Of a stretch of 64,000 bases of DNA, positions 29,351 through 39,266 are shown piece by piece. The stretch is taken from contig CAVVCZ010000005.1 in NCBI GenBank assembly GCA_963746845.1, forward strand, positions 256,001 through 320,000. The letters are read 5' to 3'. Under the pieces are notes generated by a model. It was not told the DNA's origin. It did not search any database and was given only the letters and a program-made list of their open reading frames with translations. Numbering within the stretch: position 1 is the stretch's first letter; each line of letters begins with the position of its first letter. The position numbers were made by a program, and so were the translations under genes. The stretch is from an uncultured Chloroflexia bacterium. GTDB lineage: Bacteria > Chloroflexota > Limnocylindria > Limnocylindrales > CSP1-4.

Positions 29351-30520
29351 CTAGAGGTTGCCCCGCCGGGCCTGTTCGATCTCGATCGCCTCGAAGAGCG
29401 CCTTGAAGTTGCCGACCCCGAACCCGCGCGATCCGTGCCGCTCGATGATCTCGAAGAAGAACGTCGGGCGGTCCTGGATCGGCCTGGTGAAGATCTGGAG
29501 GAGGTAGCCCTCCTCGTCGCGGTCGGCCTCGATCCCGAGCTCCTCGAGCGTCTCGATCGGCACGCCGACGTCGCCGACCCGGTCGGCGAGCTGCTCGTAG
29601 TAGGCGTGGGGCATCCCGAGGAACTCGACACCCAGCCCGCGCAGCGTTCGGACGGTCCCGACGATGTCCTCGGTCCGCAGGGCGACGTGCTGTGTCCCGG
29701 CCTCGCCGTAGTAGTCGATGAACTCCTGGATCTGGCTCTTCTTCTTGCCGGCCGCCGGCTCGTTGATCGGGAACTTCACCCGCCCGTTGCCGTTGGTCAT
29801 CACCTTCGACATCAGGGCGCTGTACTCGGTGTGGATGACCTTGTCGTCGTAGTGGATGAGCTGGGCGAAGCCGAAGACGTCGCGGTAGTAGTCGACGAAC
29901 CGGTTCATGTCGCCGAGCTCGACGTTGCCGACGCAGTGGTCGATCTCCAGCAGGCTCATGCCCGTCGCCGCGGGCGCCGGCTTCTTCACCTTCCGGAAGC
30001 CCGGGGCGAAGACGCCGTGGTAGTCGTTCCGGTCGATGAAGCTGTGGCGGACAGAGCCGTAGGTGAACACCGCCGACCGACGGAGGACGCCGTCCTCGCC
30101 GCCGTCCAGCTCGACCGGCTCGATGGCCGCCTTGGCGCCCCGCTTCGTCGTCTCGGCGAACGACGATGTCGCGTCGTCGACGAGGAAGGCGATGTCCTTC
30201 ACGCCGTCGCCGTGCTCGTGGACGTGGGCGGCGATCTCGCTGTCCGGACCGAGCGCACCAGTGAGGACGATCGTGATGTCGTTCCGCCGCATCACGTAGC
30301 TCGTCCGGTCACGGACGCCGGTCTCGAGGCCGGCGTAGGCAATCGGGGTGAAGCCCCACAGCGTCCGGAAGTAGTGCGCCGACTGGCGGGCGTTGCCGAC
30401 CCAGAACTCGACGTGGTCGATGCCCTTGAGGGGCAGGAAGTCCTGGGCCTCGTCGTAGGCGTTCTTGTTGACGTGGGCACCCGCCTGGTTGGCGGCCCCC
30501 CGTGGGAGCGTGTCGGTCAT
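29351..30520 (-). CDS. hppD: 4-hydroxyphenylpyruvate dioxygenase
   Basis: DHCVGNV, FPINEP, QHVAL, LLQIFT and GFGVGNFKALFEAIE motifs. Confidence 0.96.
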   Translation of the reverse strand: MTDTLPRGAANQAGAHVNKNAYDEAQDFLPLKGIDHVEFWVGNARQSAHYFRTLWGFTPIAYAGLETGVRDRTSYVMRRNDITIVLTGALGPDSEIAAHVHEHGDGVKDIAFLVDDATSSFAETTKRGAKAAIEPVELDGGEDGVLRRSAVFTYGSVRHSFIDRNDYHGVFAPGFRKVKKPAPAATGMSLLEIDHCVGNVELGDMNRFVDYYRDVFGFAQLIHYDDKVIHTEYSALMSKVMTNGNGRVKFPINEPAAGKKKSQIQEFIDYYGEAGTQHVALRTEDIVGTVRTLRGLGVEFLGMPHAYYEQLADRVGDVGVPIETLEELGIEADRDEEGYLLQIFTRPIQDRPTFFFEIIERHGSRGFGVGNFKALFEAIEIEQARRGNL

Positions 30521-30664
30521 CTCCGCGGCTCTCCGTGCGGCTCCGCGGCGGCGACCGCGCCCGGAGGCCCGTGCGGACGGCCGGCGCGCCACGGAACGGC
30601 GACCCGGCACGTGCCGGGATGGTCTGGCCATCCATGCTACGCCGACGCGTGCCAGACTGAGCGG

Positions 30665-31165
30665 ATGAACGAGATCGCCGGCCGGCTCCGCGACGCGGGC
30701 ACCGAGCTCCTGGACCTGCGCGGACCGCTGGTCGCGGGCGAGCCCTGGCCGCTGAGCGCCGCCTACGGCACCGAGCCGGAGGCCGACTGGGGACCGCGCG
30801 AGGTCCTCGCCCACGTGAACGAGATGCTCCCGTACTGGACCGCCCAGCTGCGGGACGTGCTCGCGGGCGACCCGGCGACGGCCGTCCCGTTCGGGCGGGT
30901 CGCCACGGATCCGGCGCGCCTGGGCCGGATCGCGGCGGACCGGAAGCTGACAGCCGGCGAGCTGCTCGACGGGATCGACGCCGGGCTCGTGACCGCCACC
31001 ACGTTCGTGAGTGGGCTGACCCCGGTCGATCTCGGCCGGCGCGGACTTCACCCGGCGCGCGGCGAGATGACGATCGAGGCAGCGCTCGAGCCATTCCTCG
31101 TCGGCCACCTCGAGGGTCACGTCGTCCAGCTGCGGGAGATCCTCGCCCGCCGCGTCCCGGCCTGA
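30665..31165 (+). CDS. DinB/YfiT-like four-helix metalloprotein
   Basis: W.PREVLAHVNE...HLEGHVVQL His triad; divergent from hppD. Confidence 0.8.
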   Translation: MNEIAGRLRDAGTELLDLRGPLVAGEPWPLSAAYGTEPEADWGPREVLAHVNEMLPYWTAQLRDVLAGDPATAVPFGRVATDPARLGRIAADRKLTAGELLDGIDAGLVTATTFVSGLTPVDLGRRGLHPARGEMTIEAALEPFLVGHLEGHVVQLREILARRVPA

Positions 31166-31357
31166 TCCGTCGCCCCCGGATCGCCGCCGCGGGGCCGGTA
31201 ACCGAGCCAAATTTGGTGCCCGGATGCCACGATCCCGTGCTCAACAGGACCTTCGGCGGGGCGGTCATGGTACCCACGGGCTATTCCCGCCAAACCCCCG
31301 AGGACCGTACGGTCCCTTTCCGCGCGCGTCCGGGAGGCGCGAAGGAGGGATCGTCCA

Positions 31358-31456
31358 ATGCAGAAGGTCAAGTCGCTGGGGTTCAGGATCGTATTGGTCC
31401 TGTCCGCGCTTGCCAGCTCGGCACTCGTGCTCGAAGCCGGCCAGCGCTGGCGCTGA
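31358..31456 (+). CDS. Small peptide MQKVKSLGFRIVLVLSALASSALVLEAGQRWR (32 aa)
   Basis: AAGGAGG RBS; signal-peptide shape; shares EAGQRW with 44846-44947; absent from the ORF track. Confidence 0.8.
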   Translation: MQKVKSLGFRIVLVLSALASSALVLEAGQRWR

Positions 31457-31570
31457 ACCCACACCGTCCCGCGACTTCGGACTCATCCGGCGGGCCTCCG
31501 ACCGCCACCGCGCCTCGGCGCAACCGACGAGCCGCCCGTCCTCCACGGGCGGCTCTTCGATTCCCGGGGA

Positions 31571-32542
31571 TCAGTGGTCGCGGCCCTCGCGCAGGACGCT
31601 CCGCAGCACGAACGCGACGTTCGCCGGCCGCTCCGCCAGCCGCCGCATGAAGTACGGGTACCACTGCGTCCCATAGGGGACGTACACCCGGACACCGAAG
31701 CCGGCCTTCACGAGCCGCTCCTGCAGGTCGCGCCGCACGCCGTACAGCATCTGGAACTCGAACCGCTCCGGCGCGATCCCGTGCTCGCGAACGAAGGCCA
31801 CCGCGCGTCCGATCAGCCGCTCGTCGTGGGTCGCGAGCGCCGGGAACTCGCCCTCGGCGAGCAGCCGCTCCATCAGCTCGCCATACGCCTTGTCGACATC
31901 CGGCTTGTCCGGGAACGCGACGGCCGCGGGCTCGACGTACGCGCCCTTGCACAGCCGGACCCGTGCCCGCTCGACGATCAGCCCCTCGATGTCGGCGCCG
32001 CTGCGCCGGAGCGCGGCCTGGATGACGACGCCGGAATCGCCGTGCCCGGCATTGACCGGTCGGAGGGCCCGCCACAGGGCCATCGTCGCCTCGGTCGTGT
32101 CGTGGGTCTCCATGTCGATCCGGACGAAGGCGTCGCACGCGGCGGCCCGGACCAGGATCCGCTCGACGTTCTCTCGGCAGACCGCGTCGTCGAGCCCGAG
32201 GCCCATCTGGCTGAGCTTCACGCTGACGTTGCGATCGAGGCCGCGGGCCGCGAGCGCGTCGAGGGTCGCGAGATAGTCGTCGGCGGCGGCCCGCGCGTCG
32301 ACAACCGAGGTGACGGCCTCGCCGAGGACGTCCACGGTCGTGCGCAGCCCGGCCGCGTGGAGGCGGTCCAGGGCGACGAGGGCCTCGTCGAGGGTCTCGC
32401 CGGCGACGAACCGGGCCACCATCGAGCGGGTGACGGGGAGGCGGGTTGCCAGCCGACCGAGGGACCGCCGGCGGGAGAGCCACAGCAGGAACGAGCGCAG
32501 GGCCCGCTCGGGAGCCGCACGGAGGGCGGTGGTGGCCGGCAC
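31571..32542 (-). CDS. Monofunctional proline dehydrogenase
   Basis: RFVAGE, SVKLSQMG, RLCKGAY, ATHD, EFQMLYG and YFMRRLAERP motifs. Confidence 0.93.
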   Translation of the reverse strand: MPATTALRAAPERALRSFLLWLSRRRSLGRLATRLPVTRSMVARFVAGETLDEALVALDRLHAAGLRTTVDVLGEAVTSVVDARAAADDYLATLDALAARGLDRNVSVKLSQMGLGLDDAVCRENVERILVRAAACDAFVRIDMETHDTTEATMALWRALRPVNAGHGDSGVVIQAALRRSGADIEGLIVERARVRLCKGAYVEPAAVAFPDKPDVDKAYGELMERLLAEGEFPALATHDERLIGRAVAFVREHGIAPERFEFQMLYGVRRDLQERLVKAGFGVRVYVPYGTQWYPYFMRRLAERPANVAFVLRSVLREGRDH

Positions 32543-32585
32543 GGAGCGATGGTAGTCGCTGGGTCTGTGGACTAGCATCGCGCTG

Positions 32586-33191
32586 ATGACGATCCCCGAC
32601 CTCGGCTCGGACCTGCTCAGCGTCGCGCTTCGGACGGCGATCGTCTACGTCGTCCTCGTCGTCTTCTTCCGTGTCGTCGGCAAGCGCGAGGCCGGGCAGC
32701 TCTCGACCCTGGATCTGATCGTCCTCCTGGTCATCGCCAACGCCGTCCAGAACGCGATGGTCGGGGAGAACGTGACGCTGATCGGCGGGCTGCTGGCCGC
32801 CGCGGTCATCCTGGCCCTCGACTGGGCCCTCCACATGCTGAACGACCGGTTTCCGCGGCTCCGCAAGGTGGTCGAAGGAGAGCCCGTTCTCCTCGTCCGC
32901 GACGGAGAGATCCTCCACGACCGCCTCTCGAGCCAGGACCTGACCGTCCGGGAGCTCGCGATCGCCCTCCGCCAGAACGGCCTGCTCACGGTGGCCGAGG
33001 CCCGGTTCGTCTATCTCGAGACCAACGGCCAGATCAGCGTGATCCCGCGACATTCGGGCGAGGACGAGTCGGGCGACGCCGCATTCGATCCCGACAACCC
33101 CGATGCCGGGATGGCCGGCGGTCCGGGGGACGACGAGACACGCCACCATCGGCGACGCCGGCCGGGCAAGCTGTCGGGGACCTCGACCTAG
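32586..33191 (+). CDS. DUF421/YetF membrane protein
   Basis: GKRE.GQL...; EGEP.LLV.DG; LETNGQISVI. Confidence 0.9.
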   Translation: MTIPDLGSDLLSVALRTAIVYVVLVVFFRVVGKREAGQLSTLDLIVLLVIANAVQNAMVGENVTLIGGLLAAAVILALDWALHMLNDRFPRLRKVVEGEPVLLVRDGEILHDRLSSQDLTVRELAIALRQNGLLTVAEARFVYLETNGQISVIPRHSGEDESGDAAFDPDNPDAGMAGGPGDDETRHHRRRRPGKLSGTST

Positions 33192-35248
33192 CGCGCGTCC
33201 CCGTCGGGGCGCCCGCGACCGCCGGCCTTCGCGACGCTGTCGCCGTCGTCCGGCAGCGCCTCGAGGTCGTCCATCAGGTACCGCCGGAGGAACGCGCGGA
33301 TCCGGTTGAAGGCGTCGCGCTTGTTCTCCGGCCGGTCCCAGCCGTGCCCCTCGTCGTCGTACCAGTGGACCTCGTGGTGCTTGCCCTCGATCTCGAGCGC
33401 CTCGATCATCTTCTCGCTCATCAGCGGGACGACGCGCCGGTCCTTCCGGCCATGGAGGATCAGGAGCGGCGCCTCGATCCGCTCCGCCCGGTACAGCGGC
33501 GAGCCGCGTCGGTAGGCGGCGGCCTTCGCCGGGTCGTCCGGCGAGCCCATCATCCGGGCGAGATCGAGCCGGCCCGGCCGGTCCCCGTGACGGTAGCTCT
33601 CCGCGATCTCCGAATCCCCATACAGATCGACGCCGACCGCCCAGAGCGACGGCTCCTCGACGAGCGACGTCAGGACGAGATAGCCCCCGTACGACCCGCC
33701 GTAGATCCCGAGCCGGCCGTTCGACCACGACTGGGCGGCGACCCAGCGGGCCGCGTCGACCATGTCGTGGGTGTCGGCGTTGCCCCATTCGCCGGCGTTC
33801 GCCTCGCGGAACGCCCGGCCATAGCCGGTCGAGCCGCGGAAGTCGACGTCGAGGAACGCGAACCCTTCGCGGACGAGCAGCTGCTTGAACGGGACCCACG
33901 CGCGGTACGCCTGCCAGGTCGGCCCGCCGTGGGGGTAGAGGACGGTCGGGACGCGGGTCGAACCGCGCTTCCCGGTCGCGGCCGCCGGACGCCACAGCGT
34001 GCCCTCGATCCGGAGCCCGTCGCGGGCCTTGAACGAGATCCGCTCGCCCTGGATCGACCGGTCCGGCCCGAACGCCGCCTCGAGGACGGCCGGCATCGAG
34101 CTCGTGACCTGGCGCGGCCTGGCGCCGGCCGGTGCGGCACCCGGGACGGGCAGGAGCCAGACGTCCTGTGGCCGGTCCTGGCTCTCGCCGATCGCGACGA
34201 GCCCGGTGCCATCGGCCGTGAACCCGACGGCGCGCCAGACGCCCGGCCATGGGTTGATGACCCGTCCTGCACCCGCGGCGACGGTCGGCGGCGGGTTCTT
34301 CGGCGGGCGGCCGCGACCGCGCTTGACGGGCTCGCTCCCGGCGATCGGCGCGACGACGAGGTCGATCAGCGCGTCGTGGACGTCGGGGTGGACGAAGCGC
34401 GACCCGTCGGGCGACGCCAGGGCCGCGTAGCCGAAACCCCCGGACGGCTCACCATGATCGCGCTTGCCGCTGGTGAGGACGGTCTTCGTCCGCCCGTCGG
34501 CGGCGAGGCGGATCACCTGGAACCAGCCGTCCGCATCGGACACATGGAGGAACCCGCCGCCGGGCACCGCGCGCGGACCGGCGGCCCACTCCCGGCCACC
34601 GCCGGCGACCCGCCGCTCCTCACCGCTCGCGACGTCGACGAGGTGGATCTCCGAAAGGGCAAACTCCGGCCCGCGGAACGACTGCGTCGCGATCGATCCA
34701 CCGTCGGCCGACCAGACGACGTCCTCGACGTCGAAGCCGGTCGCCGTCAGGGCGCGCGGCTCGGGTGGCTTCGGGTCACGCGCCGGCCGGCCGCGTCGTG
34801 GGATCGGGGCGTCGACGAGCCACACCTGCGACCAGCCACGGCGCCGCGAGACGAATGACATCCCCCGGCCATCGGGCGACCAGCGGGGCATCGACACCCC
34901 GGCCGGATGGCTCGCGACGAGCACGTCCCGGCCCCCGTCGAGATCGACGATCCGGATCTCGTCGCCGCGGACATACGCCAGGCGTCGTCCATCGGGCGAC
35001 CACTGGGGATCGCCGATGTCCTTCTCGGAGGCGGTGATGGCCGTGGGCGTCCCGCCGCGCAGCGACCCGACCAGGATCTGGCGGGCACCGGCGATCGGCG
35101 CGGTCCAGGCGATGACGCGGTCGCGCGGATGGACCCGGACCTCGCGGGGCGGGTCGACGGCGACGATCCGCTCGATCGTCAGCCCGCCCGTCGCCGCCGC
35201 CAGCGGGGCTCCGGATGCCCGGCCGCTCGGGCCGTCGGCTCGTGTCAT
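33188..35248 (-). CDS. S9 prolyl oligopeptidase/acylaminoacyl peptidase
   Basis: WSPDG propeller repeats, HGGP, GGSYGG, D.RV and EGHG motifs. Confidence 0.93.
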   Translation of the reverse strand: MTRADGPSGRASGAPLAAATGGLTIERIVAVDPPREVRVHPRDRVIAWTAPIAGARQILVGSLRGGTPTAITASEKDIGDPQWSPDGRRLAYVRGDEIRIVDLDGGRDVLVASHPAGVSMPRWSPDGRGMSFVSRRRGWSQVWLVDAPIPRRGRPARDPKPPEPRALTATGFDVEDVVWSADGGSIATQSFRGPEFALSEIHLVDVASGEERRVAGGGREWAAGPRAVPGGGFLHVSDADGWFQVIRLAADGRTKTVLTSGKRDHGEPSGGFGYAALASPDGSRFVHPDVHDALIDLVVAPIAGSEPVKRGRGRPPKNPPPTVAAGAGRVINPWPGVWRAVGFTADGTGLVAIGESQDRPQDVWLLPVPGAAPAGARPRQVTSSMPAVLEAAFGPDRSIQGERISFKARDGLRIEGTLWRPAAATGKRGSTRVPTVLYPHGGPTWQAYRAWVPFKQLLVREGFAFLDVDFRGSTGYGRAFREANAGEWGNADTHDMVDAARWVAAQSWSNGRLGIYGGSYGGYLVLTSLVEEPSLWAVGVDLYGDSEIAESYRHGDRPGRLDLARMMGSPDDPAKAAAYRRGSPLYRAERIEAPLLILHGRKDRRVVPLMSEKMIEALEIEGKHHEVHWYDDEGHGWDRPENKRDAFNRIRAFLRRYLMDDLEALPDDGDSVAKAGGRGRPDGDAR

Positions 35249-35268
35249 CGATCCTCCTCGGGGGTCGT

Positions 35269-36357
35269 TCAGTGTCGGTTCGGGTCTGGCCGCGCGGGCC
35301 AGGCCAGCCGGGCCGCCCATGGCCCGATCATCGCGTGATGGGCGCGGACGTGGCCGTGCAGGTCCTCGTAGGCCCAGCTGAAGCCCTCCGGGTCCAGCCA
35401 CTCGTCGTCGGTCATCGCCCGGATCGCCGCCCGAAGCCGGCTGATCCCGGCGTCGTAGCGCGCTCGCAGCTCCGCGGGCGGGGTCCCCCGCGCGGCGTCG
35501 ACCTGGCGCTCGTTGAACGCGTCGACGCCGTCCGGCGGCATGTCCGTCCAGCCGTCACCGGCCGCATGCCGCTCCAGCGCCCGCGCTCCCTCGTCGAACC
35601 AGCCGGCGACGTGAGCGACATGATCCGCAAGCGACCAGTGCGTCCCGGGTCGCCGCGCCCAGTCCGCGTCCGGCACCGATGCCAGGGTCTCGCGGAACGC
35701 CGCGTCGACCGAGCCGTCCTCGGCCCAGAACCTGCGGATGGCGGCCACCATGTCGCGGCGGGTCGGCTGGGGATCCGGGCCGAACGGATCATTGCCGACC
35801 TGGCGCGACCGGAGCTGGTCGGCCCACGGCTCGAGGACGTTCAGGTGGTCGATCGCGTGGCCGTGCAGGACCTGGTGGACCCAGCCCCACGCGGCATCGC
35901 TCCGGATCGTCTCGGCCGGCAGCCGCCGCGCGATCTCCACGGCACGAGCGTGCGCGACGTTGACCCGGCCCCGGACATCGGCCGGCGCGAGATCGGCGTT
36001 GAGGTCGCGTCGTCGCTCGTTGAACGTGTCGAAGTCGCCGCCGTCGTAGTCGTCATCGGACGGCCATGGGCGGCCGTCGAGGACGCCGCCGATGTAGTCG
36101 GTCGCGAGGTCCCACCAGTCGACGAGGTGACCGACGTGGTCGAGGAGGGACCAGTCCCGGCCTCCGGCGTCCGATGGCGCCGCCCCCGGGAGTCGCCACG
36201 CGGCGTCGTCGAGCCCCGCCCATGACGCGATCAACCGGTCGTGGAGGGCGGCTTCGTCGGCCCAGTAGTCGCGCGCGGCCGAGCGGAAATCGAGCGCCCG
36301 GAGCTCGGCGAGCGGCGCCCGACGAAGGTCGATCCGGCCGTCGACGACGACCGTCAC
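35269..36357 (-). CDS. Tandem DinB-like (ClbS/DfsB-type) four-helix protein
   Basis: Two repeats, WSLLDHVGHL..FNE..HAIDH and WSLADHVAHV..FNE..HVRAH; GTGA-coupled to proC. Confidence 0.8.
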   Translation of the reverse strand: MTVVVDGRIDLRRAPLAELRALDFRSAARDYWADEAALHDRLIASWAGLDDAAWRLPGAAPSDAGGRDWSLLDHVGHLVDWWDLATDYIGGVLDGRPWPSDDDYDGGDFDTFNERRRDLNADLAPADVRGRVNVAHARAVEIARRLPAETIRSDAAWGWVHQVLHGHAIDHLNVLEPWADQLRSRQVGNDPFGPDPQPTRRDMVAAIRRFWAEDGSVDAAFRETLASVPDADWARRPGTHWSLADHVAHVAGWFDEGARALERHAAGDGWTDMPPDGVDAFNERQVDAARGTPPAELRARYDAGISRLRAAIRAMTDDEWLDPEGFSWAYEDLHGHVRAHHAMIGPWAARLAWPARPDPNRH

Positions 36358-37214
36358 GCCCGATCGTGCGGGTCGGCGGCGACCTGGGCCTCGAGCTGAT
36401 CGCCGAGCTCGACGGTCCGGCGGAACGCCGCCCAGACCGCCTCGGACAGGACGGTCCGGAGCCGGCCCGACTCCAGCTCGTGGAGCGCCGCCGCGGACGT
36501 CCCGCCCGGCGACGTCACCATGTTCCGCAGCTCCGCCGGATGCATCGCCGACTGCTTGGCGAAGAGCGTGCTGCCCTCGAGCGTGTCGATGACGAGGTCG
36601 TGCGCGACGTGACGCGGGAAGCCGAGATGGACGGCCGCGTCGATCAGCGCCTCCATCACGAGGAACACGTAGGTCGGGCCCGTGCCGGAGACGGCGGTCG
36701 CCATCGCGACCATCTTCTCGTCGTCGACCTCGATCTGGGTCCCGAGGGCGGCGAGGAGGGCGGCCGCCTGGGCGCGCTGGTCCTCGGTCGTCGCCGGCGT
36801 CGCGTACCAGACGGTGACGCCCTTGCCGAGCCGGGCCGGCGTGTTCGGCATCGCCCGGATCACCTGGTCGTGTCCGAGCGTTCCGGTCAACGCGGCGGTC
36901 GTCGCCCCGGCGAGGACGCTCAGCACGAGCTGGCCGCGTGACAGGGCCGGGCCGATCTCGCGACCGACCCGGGAGAGCATCTGGGGCTTGATCCCGAGGA
37001 GGACGACGTCGGCGCCGTCGATCGCCTCCCGGTTGTCGCCGACGACGCGGATCCCGTACTCGGCGCGGAGATGATCGCGCCGTTCCGCGCGGGGATGGCT
37101 GGCGACGATCTGGTCCGGCGAGACGAGCTCGCCGCGGAGCAGGCCGGCGATCATCGCCTCGGCCATGACACCGGATCCGACGGTGGCGATGGTTCGATCG
37201 CTGAGGGGGTTCAT
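36354..37214 (-). CDS. proC: Pyrroline-5-carboxylate reductase
   Basis: GSGVMA, KPQ, RAMPNTP and VTSPGGT motifs. Confidence 0.95.
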   Translation of the reverse strand: MNPLSDRTIATVGSGVMAEAMIAGLLRGELVSPDQIVASHPRAERRDHLRAEYGIRVVGDNREAIDGADVVLLGIKPQMLSRVGREIGPALSRGQLVLSVLAGATTAALTGTLGHDQVIRAMPNTPARLGKGVTVWYATPATTEDQRAQAAALLAALGTQIEVDDEKMVAMATAVSGTGPTYVFLVMEALIDAAVHLGFPRHVAHDLVIDTLEGSTLFAKQSAMHPAELRNMVTSPGGTSAAALHELESGRLRTVLSEAVWAAFRRTVELGDQLEAQVAADPHDRA

Positions 37215-37347
37215 CCGGGCGAGTATCGCATGGGATTTGCCCGGAAGCCGTGCGGGTCACCAGCTGCAACGCGCGCTTTATGCGGTTCGCGCGTGCAGGG
37301 ACCGGTCTTTGTCAAGTCAACGGACTGACGAGCCTGAACGTCCGGCG

Positions 37348-38305
37348 TCAGCCCCGCACCGCGGTGGCGAGGATGAAGAAACGTCCGGTCGTCGTCACCC
37401 GGGCGTCGACGAAGCCGGCCGCCCGAAGGTCGTCGGCGATCTCCTCGGGCGTGCGGTAGACCTTGACGACGGTGAACTCACGGCCATCCGCAAGGCGACG
37501 GACCGAACGGTCGTCCGCCGGGGGGACGTGGTCGGCCGCGCCCGATTGCGGATCCGGCAGCGAGTCGATGAGCGTGATGCGGCCGCCCGGTGCCAGCCAC
37601 CGCGCCGCAAGCGCGAGGAAGTCCGCGGTCCGCGCCCGCTCGACGTGGCTCAGCCAGAAGCCCGCGAACAGCGCCCCGGCCGGATCGCCGTCCGGCTCGG
37701 CCCACGCGTCGCGAACGTGGAGATGGGCGCGGAGCCCGTGCGCGACGAGACGCTCGCGCGCGCGCTCGAGCGGGGCGGGCGTCGCATCCGAGATCCACAG
37801 CTCCCCCTTCCCGGCGAGGAGCGGCGACCACCAGCCGGTGCCGGCGGCGAGCTCGACGATCCTGCCTGCCATCGGCAGGTCGTCCAGCCAGCGTCCCGCC
37901 GCGTCGAGCTCGGCGTTCCAGGCGGTGTCGTGGACCGGCCCGTGCGAATACCGGCCACGGCGGAGGTACCAGTCGTCGTATTCGCCGGCTCGGGCCTCGT
38001 AGTACTCGACCATCTCGCGGGCGACGTCCGCGGTCGGCGACGGAGTCGGTGACGGCGAGGGCGGGGTCGACGTCGTGGTCGTGGCCGCGTTCGCCCGCGC
38101 CTCGAGCGCCGCCTTCAGCCGGAACCGGAGGAAGGGGTTGTCGCCTGCCTTGCCGAGGCAGTCCGGGCAGAGCTGGGCGTAGCCCTCGAGGTCGTCGGGG
38201 CCGCGTGTCGTCCAGGCCTGCCCGCACCAGAGACAGGCAAAGCTGGATCGCGGCCCGGCCGGGCTTGCCGGGGTCGCCGGCGCGCCGATGCGATGCTCCG
38301 GCCAT
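37348..38305 (-). CDS. Class I SAM methyltransferase with an N-terminal CxxC...CxxC region (frameshift in the first ~20 codons)
   Basis: ELAAGTGWW motif I. The frame upstream of Met 38013 stays open and encodes FACLWC...LCPDC; the ATG at 38305 is one base off frame. Confidence 0.75.
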
Positions 38306-38307
38306 CG

Positions 38308-39234
38308 TCAGCCGATCGGTGTCCAGCCGGTCGCGGGCGACAGGTCGCGGAATGCCTCGGGGTCGAAGATCTCGGCGAGCATCTCGATCCCGTCGACGAT
38401 CCGCGGTCCGGGCCGCGAGAAGTAGGACGACCCGTCGAGCGCGATGAGGTGGCCGCGCCGGATCGCCGGGAGGTCCTCGACCCAGTCCGGTCGTGGCGTG
38501 GCCGCCCACTCCGACACCGTCTCGCCGAGGTGGTAGCCGCACGGCATCAGAAGAAGCAGGTCGGGGTCGACCTCCGCGACCGCGTCCCACGTCGTCTCGC
38601 GGGCCGGTTCGCCGTCCTGGCCGAGGAGGTCCCAGCCACCGGCCCGTCGGATCTGGTCCGGCACCCAGTGGCCGACGGCGAACGGCGGGTCGAGCCACTC
38701 GAGGCCGACGACGCGTGGCCCGACGAACCCGGCCTCTCGGCGCTGCTGGGCCTTCGATTCGATCGCGCCGAGCCGCTCGCGCAGACGCCCGACGAGGTCG
38801 ACGGCGGCGTCCTCGGCGTCGGCCATGGCACCGACCGTGGCGATCGTGTTGAGGATGCCCTCGACGGTCGTCGGCTCGAGCGAGATCACGGTCGACTGGA
38901 GCTCGAGCGCCCGGACCGCGTCGCTGACCTCGCGATAGCCGACGGCGCACACGGCACACAGCTCCTGGGTGAGGATCAGGTCCGCGTCGGCGGCTTCGAG
39001 CGCGTCCTCATCGAGCTGGTAGATGGCCGATCCGCCATGGACGGCCTCCCCGACCCGGCGATGGATCTCGCGGCTCGTCGCCCCGTGGAGGTCGAGCGCG
39101 TTCCGGGTCATGACCGGCAACCCGACGACGTCCGGCGGCCAGTCGCATTCGTGGGTCACCCCCACGAGCTCGTCCCGCAGCCCGAGCGCGCACACGATCT
39201 CGGTGGCGGACGGGAGGAGCGAGACGATGCGCAT
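38308..39234 (-). CDS. Cobalamin/iron-siderophore binding-like (BtuF/TroA-type) protein without a signal peptide
   Basis: MRIVSLLPSATEI, GVTHECD, CAVCA and YFSRPGPR motifs. Confidence 0.85.
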   Translation of the reverse strand: MRIVSLLPSATEIVCALGLRDELVGVTHECDWPPDVVGLPVMTRNALDLHGATSREIHRRVGEAVHGGSAIYQLDEDALEAADADLILTQELCAVCAVGYREVSDAVRALELQSTVISLEPTTVEGILNTIATVGAMADAEDAAVDLVGRLRERLGAIESKAQQRREAGFVGPRVVGLEWLDPPFAVGHWVPDQIRRAGGWDLLGQDGEPARETTWDAVAEVDPDLLLLMPCGYHLGETVSEWAATPRPDWVEDLPAIRRGHLIALDGSSYFSRPGPRIVDGIEMLAEIFDPEAFRDLSPATGWTPIG

Positions 39235-39266
39235 GGATCAGGGTCGGCCGTGTGCCGACCCGGGCG

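Noticed and set aside
37255-37303. Hairpin CTGCAACGCGCG...CGCGCGTGCAG upstream of proC as a riboswitch or T-box
   Set aside because: No recognisable riboswitch or T-box motif; more simply a terminator of the upstream operon.
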